NCBI GenBank assembly: GCA_903826405.1
Contig: CAIKEH010000054.1
Coordinates: 8,027-72,026 of the forward strand
Reading direction: 5' to 3'
DNA from: an uncultured bacterium
GTDB taxonomy: Bacteria > Bacteroidota > Bacteroidia > Chitinophagales > Chitinophagaceae
DNA length: 64,000 nt
Under the pieces are notes generated by a model that saw nothing but the letters and a program-made list of their open reading frames with translations, searched no databases and had not been told where the DNA came from. The position numbers were made by a program, and so were the translations under genes. Below, piece after piece: positions 19,107 through 29,551 of this stretch. Numbering within the stretch: the first letter of the stretch is position 1; each line of letters starts with the position of its first letter.

Positions 19107-20839
19107 GGTTTTATTTGATACTCGATTTTGCCACCGATGATGGTCATCAACACCTTGGTGTTCCTGATGTTTTCAGCAGGGCATGTTGAAATGTCTTCAG
19201 ACAGGATGATGATGTCAGCCAGTTTCCCTTTGGTAATAGACCCCTTGTCCTGCTCCTGAAAGGCAGCAATGGCATTGGCCATGGTATAGGAATAGATGGC
19301 TTCGTCTCGCGTCATCACTTGCTCTGGGTGGAATGTAGAGCCATCCTTTACCCTTCTGGTTACGCTGGCATACAAACACGCGAAAGGATCGATTTCCTCT
19401 ACAGGGACATCAGTACCGTTATTGACCAATACGCCGGCATCTTTGAAGGAACGCCAGACATATGCGCCGTCTCGGGATCGTTCCTCCCCGAGTCTTTTCA
19501 CAACAAATGGGGCGTCGCTCGTGCAATGTATACCCTGCATGGAAGCCAATATATGCCAACGTGCGAATCTGGGGATCTCTGCCGGATCCACGTGCTGTGC
19601 ATGCTCCACCCTCCATCGGTGGTCACGTGTACTATCCCCGACTATCTGATCAGCGAATACATTGATCGTTTCTCGGTTGGCTCGGTCACCAATGGCATGC
19701 ACACACAACTGCAGATGATGGTCCCAGGCAAAAGAGGCGATCTTTTTCAATTCTTCAATAGGAAGTGTATTCAGCCCTTTGGTGTCTGGACGGTCCGAAT
19801 AAGGCTCCAAGAACCAGGCGCCATATGAACCAAGTGCTCCGTCGAGCACCGATTTTATAGCTTTTACGGTAAGGTGACGGTCCCCTTCATCTATCAGAGG
19901 CAATACATTTTTGTACTTTTCCAGATCGTTGATCCCGGCAAGAACCATGAGCCAATGGCGAATGCGAAGCTTACTTTCCCTAGCCAGATTACGCATCCAG
20001 GAAACGTCCTCAAAACTGGAACCTGCATCTTCAAAACTAGTCACTCCATTACGTATGCATTCGTTTTCTGCCAGTGTCAACGCCTTTCGCCATTCCGCCT
20101 TTCTCTGTTCCAAAGATCTTTGGCCATACCAGGTATCATATGCTTTTCTCGCCATCTCCTGAGCAGTTTCCGTCAAAACACCAACAGTTATACCCTGAGC
20201 ATCCCTTACGATATCACCGCCGGGAGGATTTGGAGTGAAATCGTTGATCCCAGCGAGAGATAGGGCTTTTGCATTCAAATAACTACTGTGCCCGCTGGCA
20301 TGTGATAACATGACCGGATTGTCTGGTGAGATCTTATCCAATTCGTCATGATAGGGATAGCCCAAGTGGTTCTTAGCTGGTGCATGGTCCCACTTTTCCT
20401 GATGCCATCCTTCCCCGATTATCCATTCACCTGGCTTTGATTTTTTCACAGCTTCGGCCACTTTGGAGAGGACTTCCTCCCAATTTTTGGCGTGCAGGAG
20501 ATTTATGCTGGTGAGAGATGCCCCCATAGCATATATATGACCATGCCCCTCGATCAAACCAGGCATGACAAATCTGCCTTCTGCATCTATGACCTGGGTA
20601 TTTTTGCCCAGAAATGAACCAGATCCTTTGATATCGCCAACAAAGATGATGCGTCCCGCCGATACGGCAATGGCGGATGCTCTCGGCAGTGAACCGTCCA
20701 CCGTATATACATTCGCATTACGAATGATCAGATCAGCTTTCTGTGCTTTGAGCATGTTCGAAAAAAAGGTCACCAACAGGAGAACGATGACCCTTTTGAG
20801 AACATTCATTTGCCTATTCATATTGATTCCTCTTTGCAC
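19103..20839 (-). CDS. Secreted metal-dependent amidohydrolase (YtcJ/Amidohydro_3 type)
   Basis: Signal peptide; PGLIEGHGH, HAIGDRAN, RVEHAQ, GTDVP, GKLADIIIL; true start may be MNRQ or MNVL. Confidence 0.85.
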   Translation of the reverse strand: MQRGINMNRQMNVLKRVIVLLLVTFFSNMLKAQKADLIIRNANVYTVDGSLPRASAIAVSAGRIIFVGDIKGSGSFLGKNTQVIDAEGRFVMPGLIEGHGHIYAMGASLTSINLLHAKNWEEVLSKVAEAVKKSKPGEWIIGEGWHQEKWDHAPAKNHLGYPYHDELDKISPDNPVMLSHASGHSSYLNAKALSLAGINDFTPNPPGGDIVRDAQGITVGVLTETAQEMARKAYDTWYGQRSLEQRKAEWRKALTLAENECIRNGVTSFEDAGSSFEDVSWMRNLARESKLRIRHWLMVLAGINDLEKYKNVLPLIDEGDRHLTVKAIKSVLDGALGSYGAWFLEPYSDRPDTKGLNTLPIEELKKIASFAWDHHLQLCVHAIGDRANRETINVFADQIVGDSTRDHRWRVEHAQHVDPAEIPRFARWHILASMQGIHCTSDAPFVVKRLGEERSRDGAYVWRSFKDAGVLVNNGTDVPVEEIDPFACLYASVTRRVKDGSTFHPEQVMTRDEAIYSYTMANAIAAFQEQDKGSITKGKLADIIILSEDISTCPAENIRNTKVLMTIIGGKIEYQIKP

Positions 20840-20845
20840 TGAACC

Positions 20846-22174
20846 TCAGATATACAGGTTTATCAGGTTCTCGAGCCATTCCTGGCGGCCGCTTGATTGT
20901 TTAGGTTCTCCATTTTTTATTGCATAAGCACGGAGATCTTCCAGTCCCAGTCTCCCCTCCTCAAATGCCTTGCCTTCACCACCATCGAAACTGGCGTAAC
21001 GATCTTTCCTGAATTTCCTGTAAGGGGAAAGTTGCAGCACCTTATCGGCTACCACCAATGCGCGCGCGAAATTGTCCATTCCTCCGATGTGAGAATAAAA
21101 GAGATCTTCGGGATCAGTGGAATTGCGACGTGTCTTTGCGTCGAAGTTAACACCCCCTCCTGCAAAACCACCGGCCTCCAGTATGATAAGCATGCATTCC
21201 GCAAGTTCATTGAGGTTGTTAGGGAACTGATCCGTGTCCCATCCATTCTGTGCATCACCACGGTTCGCATCTATACTTCCCAGCATGCCGGCATCGGCAG
21301 CCGTTTGCAACTCATGTTGGAAAGTGTGACCGGCAAGTGTGGCATGATTCACTTCAACGTTTATCTTGAAATCCTTGTCCAGTCCATGATGACGAAGGAA
21401 TCCGATCACCGTGGCGCAGTCGAAATCATATTGGTGCTTGGTAGGTTCGCAGGGCTTGGGTTCAATGAAGAAAGTACCTTTGAAGCCCTGTTTACGTGCA
21501 TAATCTTTTGAGGCATGTAGGAAACGAGCCAGATGATCCTGCTCCCTTTTCATGTCGGTATTGAGTAGTGTCATATAACCCTCACGGCCACCCCAAAAAA
21601 CATAATTCTCACCTCCCAATGCTATGGTGGCATCCAAAGCATTTTTGATCTGAGTTCCTGCGTAGGCAACTGCAGCGAAATCAGGATTGGTGGAAGCCCC
21701 ATTCATGTACCTGGGATTGGAGAACACGTTAGCTGTACCCCAAAGCAATTTGACTCCCGAAGCTTTTTGCTTCATTTTGGCATAGTCCACAATGGCCTGC
21801 ATGCGGGATTCGTATTCGGTGATGTTTGCTCCTTCATCAACAAGGTCAACATCATGAAAGCAATAATACGGGATACCCATTTTGGTGATGAACTCAAAAG
21901 CGGCGTCCATTTTATCCTTGGCTCGCTCTAGGGCATCAGTTTTGACGTCCCAAGGAAAATGTTTGGTTCCGGGGCCGAAGGGGTCCCCACCCGTGTTGCA
22001 GAAGCTGTGCCAATACGCAACGGCAAAACGGAAGTGGTCCTTCATGCTTTTGCCTCCGACCTCTTGATCTGCATTGTACCATTTGAAAGCGAGTGGATTG
22101 TCGGAATGGGGACCTTCAAATGCGATCTTACCAATGCTAGGGAAAAATTCCTTGTTGCCGGTTGTAATGCTCAT
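20846..22174 (-). CDS. xylA: Xylose isomerase (class II)
   Basis: [49 protein letters not shown]. Confidence 0.97.
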   Translation of the reverse strand: MSITTGNKEFFPSIGKIAFEGPHSDNPLAFKWYNADQEVGGKSMKDHFRFAVAYWHSFCNTGGDPFGPGTKHFPWDVKTDALERAKDKMDAAFEFITKMGIPYYCFHDVDLVDEGANITEYESRMQAIVDYAKMKQKASGVKLLWGTANVFSNPRYMNGASTNPDFAAVAYAGTQIKNALDATIALGGENYVFWGGREGYMTLLNTDMKREQDHLARFLHASKDYARKQGFKGTFFIEPKPCEPTKHQYDFDCATVIGFLRHHGLDKDFKINVEVNHATLAGHTFQHELQTAADAGMLGSIDANRGDAQNGWDTDQFPNNLNELAECMLIILEAGGFAGGGVNFDAKTRRNSTDPEDLFYSHIGGMDNFARALVVADKVLQLSPYRKFRKDRYASFDGGEGKAFEEGRLGLEDLRAYAIKNGEPKQSSGRQEWLENLINLYI

Positions 22175-22279
22175 GGCTGTATTTTTTAGATTCTTTTTAG
22201 ATTATGTTTTTGGCTTTGGAGAGCGTGAAGTAAGTGATCAAAATTTAGACTGTCAAAAAAGGTTTTATCGAATTAAATA

Positions 22280-22311
22280 CCACCCTCCAAGAGTCCACCC
22301 TCCAAGAGTCC
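22280..22311. repeat. Tandem duplication of the 15-bp unit caccctccaagagtc
   Basis: ccaccctccaagagtccaccctccaagagtcc read directly. Confidence 0.9.
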
Positions 22312-22400
22312 GTTCAAATCCACTATAAAATCTAAAATTGCAGACAACCTCCTCTGAATCAACCAGTAACATATCCCTTGCTTTTTCATGAAAAAAACAT

Positions 22401-22432
22401 GCACCCTCCAAGGGTGGACTCTTGGAGGGTGC
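22401..22432 (-). terminator. Intrinsic terminator-like hairpin after the GHMP kinase gene
   Basis: 12-bp stem gcaccctccaag/cttggagggtgc; on the - strand followed after 3 nt by a T7 tract; 10 nt past the stop. Confidence 0.6.
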
Positions 22433-22441
22433 GGTTTAGAA

Positions 22442-23791
22442 TCAAATCAAGGCACCATCACTACTGCCTGAAAAAAGACAGATGCCCCGACCATATTTAC
22501 GTCGGTACCCGGTGTACAAATCCCTTAAAGCAGCTTTCCCCTCCTTCCCAGCAGTCATCACCACAACCGTTCCGCCACTTCCACCACCTGAAATCCTTGC
22601 ACCATACACCCCCTTTGCAGGTCCGGCCTCTCTGACCATGTCCACTATTTCGTCAGTCCTTGGATTTCCCAGTCCCACCATGCTGTAACTGGCATGACTC
22701 TGCATCATCAATTCCCCCATGGCACACAACAATTCATATTTGTCCCTACTTTTAGAGTAAGATCTTAATAGCCGGGCGAAACTCGATACGCGGGAATGTT
22801 CATGAACTGGATGCCTCGCACAAGCTGATAAAGCATAGGTCTTTACAGGATCAACCTGCGTTTCCGTATCAATTGTACCCCCAAAGCGAGTCAGAAAATC
22901 AGACCCCTTCATGAAGACAGGGATGGAAGACGCATAACGTTGTTCGAAAATTGAAATGGGAATATTCGATAAATAACCTCCATATGGCAAGGTGCTCCGC
23001 GAGCCAGTGAGACACGCCTGCCGTATTACTTCAGGACCAATACCATGTTCAGCTGCAATGATGGAATAGGACATGAAAGCAGCGGTTCGGACATCGCCAT
23101 AACTGGCTCCCTCTACGGCATGCCTGACACCACTATCTAAACCTGAGAATTGAACACCGGTAGGTATGGGCAAGGCTTCCAACACTGTATGAGGCTGGCA
23201 GATCAAAGGCAAAAGTTTTTTCTTTTCACCAAGACAAACCGATAACTGGTCCATCAACCCACAGGCAGCACCTGATATCCTGTTCTCAACTTGCTGTGCC
23301 CATAAAGGAAGCAGTATCCTATCAGGCTCCATGCCGTATGCACGCATGATCGCCAACATCGTTGCGACTTCTAATGCAGCCGAAGATGAAACGCCCTTCC
23401 CAACGGGCACATCGGATGAAATTAAAATGTCAGCACCAGTGATCGGTATGCCAGCTTGCCGGTTGAGTATGATGAAACAACCCACTACATAAGTGGCCCA
23501 TTCCCCACCCTGCTGGCTTCTGATATGTTCACGGAGCTCTTCATCGGTCATCTTCGGGGTTATATCCAAATTGATCAGCGCTTCACGTTCCTGCGCTCCC
23601 GCATGGGCGGAGGAAATCCGAAAAATCCGATCACCCCTTAACTGTACACTTACCGTCGTTTTCTCCGCAATGGGCATTTGCAGGAGCAGAGATCCGCTAT
23701 AATCAGCGATTCCTCCCATGACATCCAATCTTCCGGGGGACGATGCAGAGTAAACAGGTCTTCCCGGATCAAAGGTGAATCTCTGCATCAA
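22442..23791 (-). CDS. GHMP sugar kinase resembling the kinase domain of plant L-arabinokinase
   Basis: SSPGRLDVMGGIADYSGSLLLQMPI, DVPVGKGVSSSAALEV, VENRISGAACGLMDQ, GARISGGGSGGT. Confidence 0.75.
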   Translation of the reverse strand: MMQRFTFDPGRPVYSASSPGRLDVMGGIADYSGSLLLQMPIAEKTTVSVQLRGDRIFRISSAHAGAQEREALINLDITPKMTDEELREHIRSQQGGEWATYVVGCFIILNRQAGIPITGADILISSDVPVGKGVSSSAALEVATMLAIMRAYGMEPDRILLPLWAQQVENRISGAACGLMDQLSVCLGEKKKLLPLICQPHTVLEALPIPTGVQFSGLDSGVRHAVEGASYGDVRTAAFMSYSIIAAEHGIGPEVIRQACLTGSRSTLPYGGYLSNIPISIFEQRYASSIPVFMKGSDFLTRFGGTIDTETQVDPVKTYALSACARHPVHEHSRVSSFARLLRSYSKSRDKYELLCAMGELMMQSHASYSMVGLGNPRTDEIVDMVREAGPAKGVYGARISGGGSGGTVVVMTAGKEGKAALRDLYTGYRRKYGRGICLFSGSSDGALI

Positions 23792-24831
23792 ATGTCCATG
23801 TTTTGAAGTTCGAGTGCCTTGTCCTCAGGGATGGTATCCGCCATGAATGTGTCCGCCCCCGTCTCTGGTCCTGCAAGGAATTTCTGCAAACCTGGCTGTC
23901 TCAACGGAGGGCTAAATACCAGATGCATGTGATAATCTTCATAATAACCACCATCCACAGGGGCCTGTGCCATGGCCATGATGTATGGGAAAGAACTGCG
24001 GAACAATCCGTCGTATTTCCTCGTGAGTACCCGAAAAGCCTCTGCAAGTCCGTTGATTTCCTCATCGGTCATCGTGATTAGCGTCGCATGCCTTTTCTTC
24101 GGGAAGATCCAAGCCTCATATGCAAAACGAGCAAAAAAGGGGATGAACACAACAGCTGTCTCGCTTTCCCATATGATACGTTTCCTGTCCTTCAGCTCAG
24201 CCTGAATGATATCACTGAAAATATTACTTTCTTTCTGCTGTTTGTGCACATGCATCGCTTCCATCTCCCGCCTTACCATGTTGAAATGAAAATCCGTCGC
24301 GTAGATCTGACAGTGGGGATGAGGATTTGAGACTCCGACGATCTCTCCTTTGTTCTCAAAAATGAGTACAGATTTTATCTTGGGATGATTCCGGAAGAAG
24401 ACCATCTCCTCCCGAAGAGCCCTGAATATCCTGGCGATCCGGGGAACATCCAATTCTGAAAGACTCACATCATGGCGGGGATCATAACAAACCACACGAG
24501 AAATACCGGTAGCCGATGCCCGTTTGTACAAACCTTCATGAGCACTTGAGATTTCTTCAGCGATTGCCGGCGCATCAAGTCCAACCACGGGGTGATCATT
24601 ATCGAATATAAAGACATCCTGGTAATCAGGATTGACAGCACCACTGACACGCAAGTTCCCCGGACAGAGGTAACATCCGGGATCGTAAGATGACGCTTCC
24701 TTATGAATTGTTTTGACTTCGAAATTCCAGGGGCGGTTGTTCCGATGAGCGGAATAGACTACCCATTCTCTGCGAAGCGGGTGCCATCGCTTTTCCCATT
24801 TTCCTGTATGAGCCTTAGTTGTATCCATCAA
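23788..24831 (-). CDS. galT: Galactose-1-phosphate uridylyltransferase (GalT family)
   Basis: RWHPL..EWV, CYLCPGN zinc site, FENKG..GVSNPHPHCQIY catalytic HPH. Confidence 0.88.
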   Translation of the reverse strand: MMDTTKAHTGKWEKRWHPLRREWVVYSAHRNNRPWNFEVKTIHKEASSYDPGCYLCPGNLRVSGAVNPDYQDVFIFDNDHPVVGLDAPAIAEEISSAHEGLYKRASATGISRVVCYDPRHDVSLSELDVPRIARIFRALREEMVFFRNHPKIKSVLIFENKGEIVGVSNPHPHCQIYATDFHFNMVRREMEAMHVHKQQKESNIFSDIIQAELKDRKRIIWESETAVVFIPFFARFAYEAWIFPKKRHATLITMTDEEINGLAEAFRVLTRKYDGLFRSSFPYIMAMAQAPVDGGYYEDYHMHLVFSPPLRQPGLQKFLAGPETGADTFMADTIPEDKALELQNMDI

Positions 24832-24961
24832 GAGCTCCTAAGTTAAACAATATGATGGGCTTATCAATCAACTTCAAACCTGATAACCTATTGGTTAAAA
24901 CTGATTACAGATAGATCAGGATCATTTGAGGAAAATGCCGTTTTGGCTTAACTTCAAACTC

Positions 24962-26323
24962 ATGATGCCATCCTCCCGCCGAAACTTCATCCGCAACAGC
25001 GCATCCCTACTTGCACTCGCTTCCATGAGACCCAGCGGTATGGACTTTTGGGCCTTCGAGCAAAAAAGGCGTGTCGCACTCATAGGTACGGGCTGGTATG
25101 GGAAAAGCGATCTCTTTCGCCTCATGCAGGTAGCTACAGTAGAATTGGTGGGGCTATGCGACCCCGATCGAAATCAATTGAAAGAGGCTACCGAAAGGAT
25201 CAATCAGAGAACACGTACCAACAAACCCATACCGTCATACGGGGACTACAGAAAAATGCTCAGCCAAGAAAAGCCCGATGTAGTATTGATAGGCTCCCCG
25301 GACCACTGGCATGCACTCCAAGCCATAGAAGCCATCAAATCGGGAGCGAATGTCTACCTGCAAAAACCAATCAGCGTGGACGTTATCGAAGGTGAAGCCA
25401 TACTCGCGGCTGCTCGAAAATACGACAGGACTGTACAAGTTGGAACGCAGCGCCGTAGCACTCCACATTTAATGGAAGCCAAAAGAAGGATCGTCGACAC
25501 CGGCATGCTCGGCAAGGTCCATCAGGTGGAAATGTGCTGTTATTACCATATGCGAAACAGCAGCAACCCTCCCCTGCAACCCATCCCTGAATTCCTGGAC
25601 TATGACATGTGGACAGGGCCCGCCCCACTCAGACCTTACGACGGCCTGCCACATCGAGGCTGGTGGAGGGCCTTCATGGAATACGGCAACGGCATCATGG
25701 GAGACATGTGCATTCATATGTTCGATGCGGTGAGGTGGATTCTCGATCTGGGCTGGCCAGACCGTATCAGTTCCACCGGTGGACTCTTTGCGGACAACCC
25801 TGGAAAGAGCAATATCGCCGATACCCAAACCGCGATCTTCGAATATCAAGGACTGCAATGTATTTGGCAACATCGAACCTGGGGCACCGCACCTGACCCG
25901 GATTACCCCTGGGCATTCAAGATTTATGGGGAAAAAGGCACCCTCTGTGGAAGTGTTATGAGATACGATTTCATCCCAGCAGAAAAAGGGGAAAGGATCC
26001 ATGGTGATGTGGTCTACGAAAAGGAGAGATATCCGGAAGATCTAAAGGAAAAGGACATCGAATTACACACTGCCGCCGCCACCAGAGGGCATATGCGGGA
26101 TTTTTTATCGGCGATCGACAACCGAAAAAGGCCAGTGGCTGACATCGAACAAGGTCACATATCCACCGCCTCTTGCATCCTGGCCAACATCTCCATGAAG
26201 TTGGGAAGGCCATTGAGATATGACCCCATCAACCGTGTTGTAGTGGGTGATCCCGAAGCGACTGTATTTTTGAAAAGAGAATATCGTGCGCCTTGGATCC
26301 ATCCGGATCCTAAAGAAGTATGA
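24962..26323 (+). CDS. Tat-exported Gfo/Idh/MocA oxidoreductase; start moved from 24926
   Basis: SRRNFI twin-arginine motif; GTGWYG, YLQKP, QVGTQRRS, DMCIHMFD. Confidence 0.82.
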   Translation: MMPSSRRNFIRNSASLLALASMRPSGMDFWAFEQKRRVALIGTGWYGKSDLFRLMQVATVELVGLCDPDRNQLKEATERINQRTRTNKPIPSYGDYRKMLSQEKPDVVLIGSPDHWHALQAIEAIKSGANVYLQKPISVDVIEGEAILAAARKYDRTVQVGTQRRSTPHLMEAKRRIVDTGMLGKVHQVEMCCYYHMRNSSNPPLQPIPEFLDYDMWTGPAPLRPYDGLPHRGWWRAFMEYGNGIMGDMCIHMFDAVRWILDLGWPDRISSTGGLFADNPGKSNIADTQTAIFEYQGLQCIWQHRTWGTAPDPDYPWAFKIYGEKGTLCGSVMRYDFIPAEKGERIHGDVVYEKERYPEDLKEKDIELHTAAATRGHMRDFLSAIDNRKRPVADIEQGHISTASCILANISMKLGRPLRYDPINRVVVGDPEATVFLKREYRAPWIHPDPKEV

Positions 26324-26367
26324 TCACTTCAAAGTGTAATTAAACCAACTCTTCCAAGAAACAACCT

Positions 26368-27852
26368 TTATTGTATGACACGCCCCAGTTCATCCTTCCA
26401 TTGCGCATAGGAGTCCAAGTATGCCTGACTGTCCCTGGGAGGCTCATAGGTCTTCACCACATTCATCCCACGGAAACTTGCCCGATGATCGGGATAGGAT
26501 CCGCTACCCACGCCTGCGGCTCTTGCAGCGCCCAAAGCCCCGTCGGTATTGTACAATTCCACCTTACAACCGGTTGTGGCCGCGAAAGTCTCGGCAAAAA
26601 GTGGACTCAGGAACATATTGGCATGTCCTGCCCGAACCGTTTTCATTTCCATTCCCATCCCTTCCATCACCTCCATTCCATATTGCAGTGCGAATACGAT
26701 TCCTTCCTGTGCTGCTCTGGCAAGATGACTCCTGTCGTGACGGTTGAAATCCATATGGGTAAATGAAGCTCCCTTATCGATGTTCTCCAATACCCTTTCC
26801 GCACCATTCCCAAATGGAAAAATCCGCAAGCCTGCAGAGCCAACAGGTGCAGTGGCAGCAATGGCGTTGATCTCGTTATAGGTAGAACCCGAAAAAAGAT
26901 TCTTCCGTAACCAGCTGTTGAGTATGCCTGCACCATTTACGCAGAGCAAAACCCCATATCGGGGGGAACTATCGGTATGGTTGACATGTACAAAACTATT
27001 CACACGAGATTTGGGGTCATGATCTGGGCTTCCACTGACACCATATACCACGGCAGAAGTACCGGCGGTCGCCGCAACCTCTCCCGGCTCGAGTACATTA
27101 AGAGAATATGCATTATTGGGCTGGTCGCCTGCTCTATAGGTAACCGGGGTTCCGCTTTTGATACCAAGAATTGAAGCAGCAAACTCATTGACACGACCCT
27201 GCACACCGAACTGGGGCACCAAGGCAGGTATCATGGATTCAGGGATGCCATAATGGTCGAGCAGAGAAGAGGCTACCTTCTTTGCTGGGAAATCCCATAG
27301 TATGCCTTCAGATAAACCAGAAACTGTCGTTGTAGCTTCTCCAGTGAGCCTCATGGCGATGAAATCGCCGGGCAGCATGAAATAGCGGATCCGTTCAAAA
27401 AGTTCAGGTTCATTATCCTTCACCCACTTCAATTTGGAGGCAGTGAGATTCCCCGGGGAATTGAGGAAATGTTCAAGGCAGAAATGTTCACCAAGCTCAT
27501 GGAATGCCTTTTTACCGATTTCTACCGCACGACTGTCGCACCAGATGATGGACGGACGGATCACCTGGAGATCCTTATCCACACAAACAAGTCCATGCAT
27601 CTGATAGGAAATGCCGATCCCAGCGATCTCATCCGGTTTGAAAGAGGTCCGTTCCTTCAATTTCCGCGTCGCAAGGACGAGCTCTTCCCACCATCGTTCC
27701 GGATGTTGTTCCGCGAATCCATGTTTCTCAGACAAGATCTCCATCTCCGTATCCGGGGAGTTCAATGCATCGACCATCTTACCCGTTTCTATCTCGAGAA
27801 GAGCGGCCTTGATGGAAGAAGTTCCGATATCGTATCCTATCAGGTATTTCAT
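26368..27852 (-). CDS. xylB: Xylulokinase (FGGY family)
   Basis: GYDIGTSSIK, GISYQMHG, PSIIWCDSR, AGDQPNNA, GALGAA. Confidence 0.9.
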   Translation of the reverse strand: MKYLIGYDIGTSSIKAALLEIETGKMVDALNSPDTEMEILSEKHGFAEQHPERWWEELVLATRKLKERTSFKPDEIAGIGISYQMHGLVCVDKDLQVIRPSIIWCDSRAVEIGKKAFHELGEHFCLEHFLNSPGNLTASKLKWVKDNEPELFERIRYFMLPGDFIAMRLTGEATTTVSGLSEGILWDFPAKKVASSLLDHYGIPESMIPALVPQFGVQGRVNEFAASILGIKSGTPVTYRAGDQPNNAYSLNVLEPGEVAATAGTSAVVYGVSGSPDHDPKSRVNSFVHVNHTDSSPRYGVLLCVNGAGILNSWLRKNLFSGSTYNEINAIAATAPVGSAGLRIFPFGNGAERVLENIDKGASFTHMDFNRHDRSHLARAAQEGIVFALQYGMEVMEGMGMEMKTVRAGHANMFLSPLFAETFAATTGCKVELYNTDGALGAARAAGVGSGSYPDHRASFRGMNVVKTYEPPRDSQAYLDSYAQWKDELGRVIQ

Positions 27853-27853
27853 A

Positions 27854-29551
27854 TCACCAGAATCTTACGTAAAGTGCACTCAAAATGAGCAGGATGGTAA
27901 CCACCATGGCGAGATTGCGTGGGCTGAGCCTGAACATCTTGCTGTCGAGTTCGAATGCCTTGGGATTTACCTTGGGGCCAGCGAGGCTGATGGCCACCAT
28001 GACAATGACTGTGAAAACAAAAGCCCAACCCATGCAGATCAGAAAAGGGATCTCCAGTTTCCCATTGCTGTTTCTGAAAGCGGTATACAGCATGGTTTCC
28101 TGACCAAAGATACCGGGAGCGAAATTGTTGAAAAATACAGAGGTAGCAAATCCTACAAGGATCCCCGCTATAGCTGCAGAACCCGTTGTCCTTTTCCAGA
28201 ACATGCCCAGAATGAAAATGGAAAATATGCCCGGACTGATGTACCCTGTATATTTCTGTATGAAAGTAAAACCGCCTTCCCCGCCAATACCCAACATATC
28301 ATCCCAAGTGAAAAAGATAGCAACCAGCATGGCTGCGACAATGGCCATCCTGCCAACCCAGACCATCTTCTGCTCGGTAGCTTCCTGGTTAAAATATTTT
28401 TTATAGATATCCAATGTGAAGATCGTTGATATGCTGTTTGCCTTGCCAGCAAGGGAAGCAACGATGGCAGCTGTAAGAGCTGCAAGGGAAAGTCCTTTTA
28501 AGCCGGCGGGTAAGAACCCAAGGATCGCCGAATAGGCATTGTCTGCATTGAGGTGTCCACCCGAACTCATTTCCGATTGCAATTCACCCTTCTGAAATAG
28601 CACGTAGGCTGCGATTCCAGGCAACATGACGATCACGGGCATGAGTAATTTCAGAAAAGCGGCGAAAAGGATGCCCGTCCGCGCTGTGCGCAGGTCTGCT
28701 CCCAAAGCTCGTTGGGTGATATATTGATTACAACCCCAGTAATTAAGATTGACGATCCATTGACCAGCAAAATACATGGCAATTCCTGGTACGATAAGAT
28801 AACGGTTGACATCATTCTGTGGTGCATCGGGGCCCGGCTTGTCCAGGATCATATGGAAGTGATCACCTGCCTCTTTCATCAGGGTATTGAATCCGGCAAG
28901 CGCGTTGCTACCCATGCCGAATTTCTGACTGACCATGGTCAAGGCCAGATAGGTGGTCGCCAACCCCCCGATGATAAGCACACTCACTTGTATAACATCC
29001 GTGTATCCGATCACTTTCATGCCTCCCAAAGTAATGAGCAATGCAAAAATGGCAAGCAACAGAATGATGAGGTGAAAATTACCTCCACCACCGAGGTTGT
29101 TGATGGCTAGTGCTCCAAGGTAAAGTATCGAGGTGAGGTTCACGAAGATGTATAGGAATAACCAGAAAATGGCCATGATCAGGCTCACCGTTTCATTATA
29201 TCTCGTTTTCAGGAACTGGGGCATCGTGAAGATGCGGTTCTTGAGGTAAATAGGCATGAAGAAAACCGCGACAATGACAAGAGATAGTGCAGCGATCCAC
29301 TCATAAGCAGAAATAGCAATGCCCACGGTGAATCCATTGCCGGACATGCCAATGAACTGCTCAGCCGAGATGTTGGAGGCGATGAGTGAAGCACCAATTG
29401 CCCACCAGGCCAGTTGACCTTCAGCCAGGAAAAAACTCTGGGTGCTAGTCTCTTTTGTTCGTTTCCGGTAATAGATCCAGACGCCATAACCCGCCACGAT
29501 CAGGAAATATACCAGGAACACCAACCAATCCTTGGACACCAATTGTTTCAT
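27854..29551 (-). CDS. Sodium:sugar symporter (SSS family)
   Basis: SLIASNISAEQFIG, YWGCNQYITQR, many TM segments. Confidence 0.92.
   Translation of the reverse strand: MKQLVSKDWLVFLVYFLIVAGYGVWIYYRKRTKETSTQSFFLAEGQLAWWAIGASLIASNISAEQFIGMSGNGFTVGIAISAYEWIAALSLVIVAVFFMPIYLKNRIFTMPQFLKTRYNETVSLIMAIFWLFLYIFVNLTSILYLGALAINNLGGGGNFHLIILLLAIFALLITLGGMKVIGYTDVIQVSVLIIGGLATTYLALTMVSQKFGMGSNALAGFNTLMKEAGDHFHMILDKPGPDAPQNDVNRYLIVPGIAMYFAGQWIVNLNYWGCNQYITQRALGADLRTARTGILFAAFLKLLMPVIVMLPGIAAYVLFQKGELQSEMSSGGHLNADNAYSAILGFLPAGLKGLSLAALTAAIVASLAGKANSISTIFTLDIYKKYFNQEATEQKMVWVGRMAIVAAMLVAIFFTWDDMLGIGGEGGFTFIQKYTGYISPGIFSIFILGMFWKRTTGSAAIAGILVGFATSVFFNNFAPGIFGQETMLYTAFRNSNGKLEIPFLICMGWAFVFTVIVMVAISLAGPKVNPKAFELDSKMFRLSPRNLAMVVTILLILSALYVRFW

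Noticed and set aside
22280-22432. Repeats as a mini-CRISPR array
   Set aside because: Units are 15 bp, directly adjacent or inverted, with no unique spacers and no cas genes.
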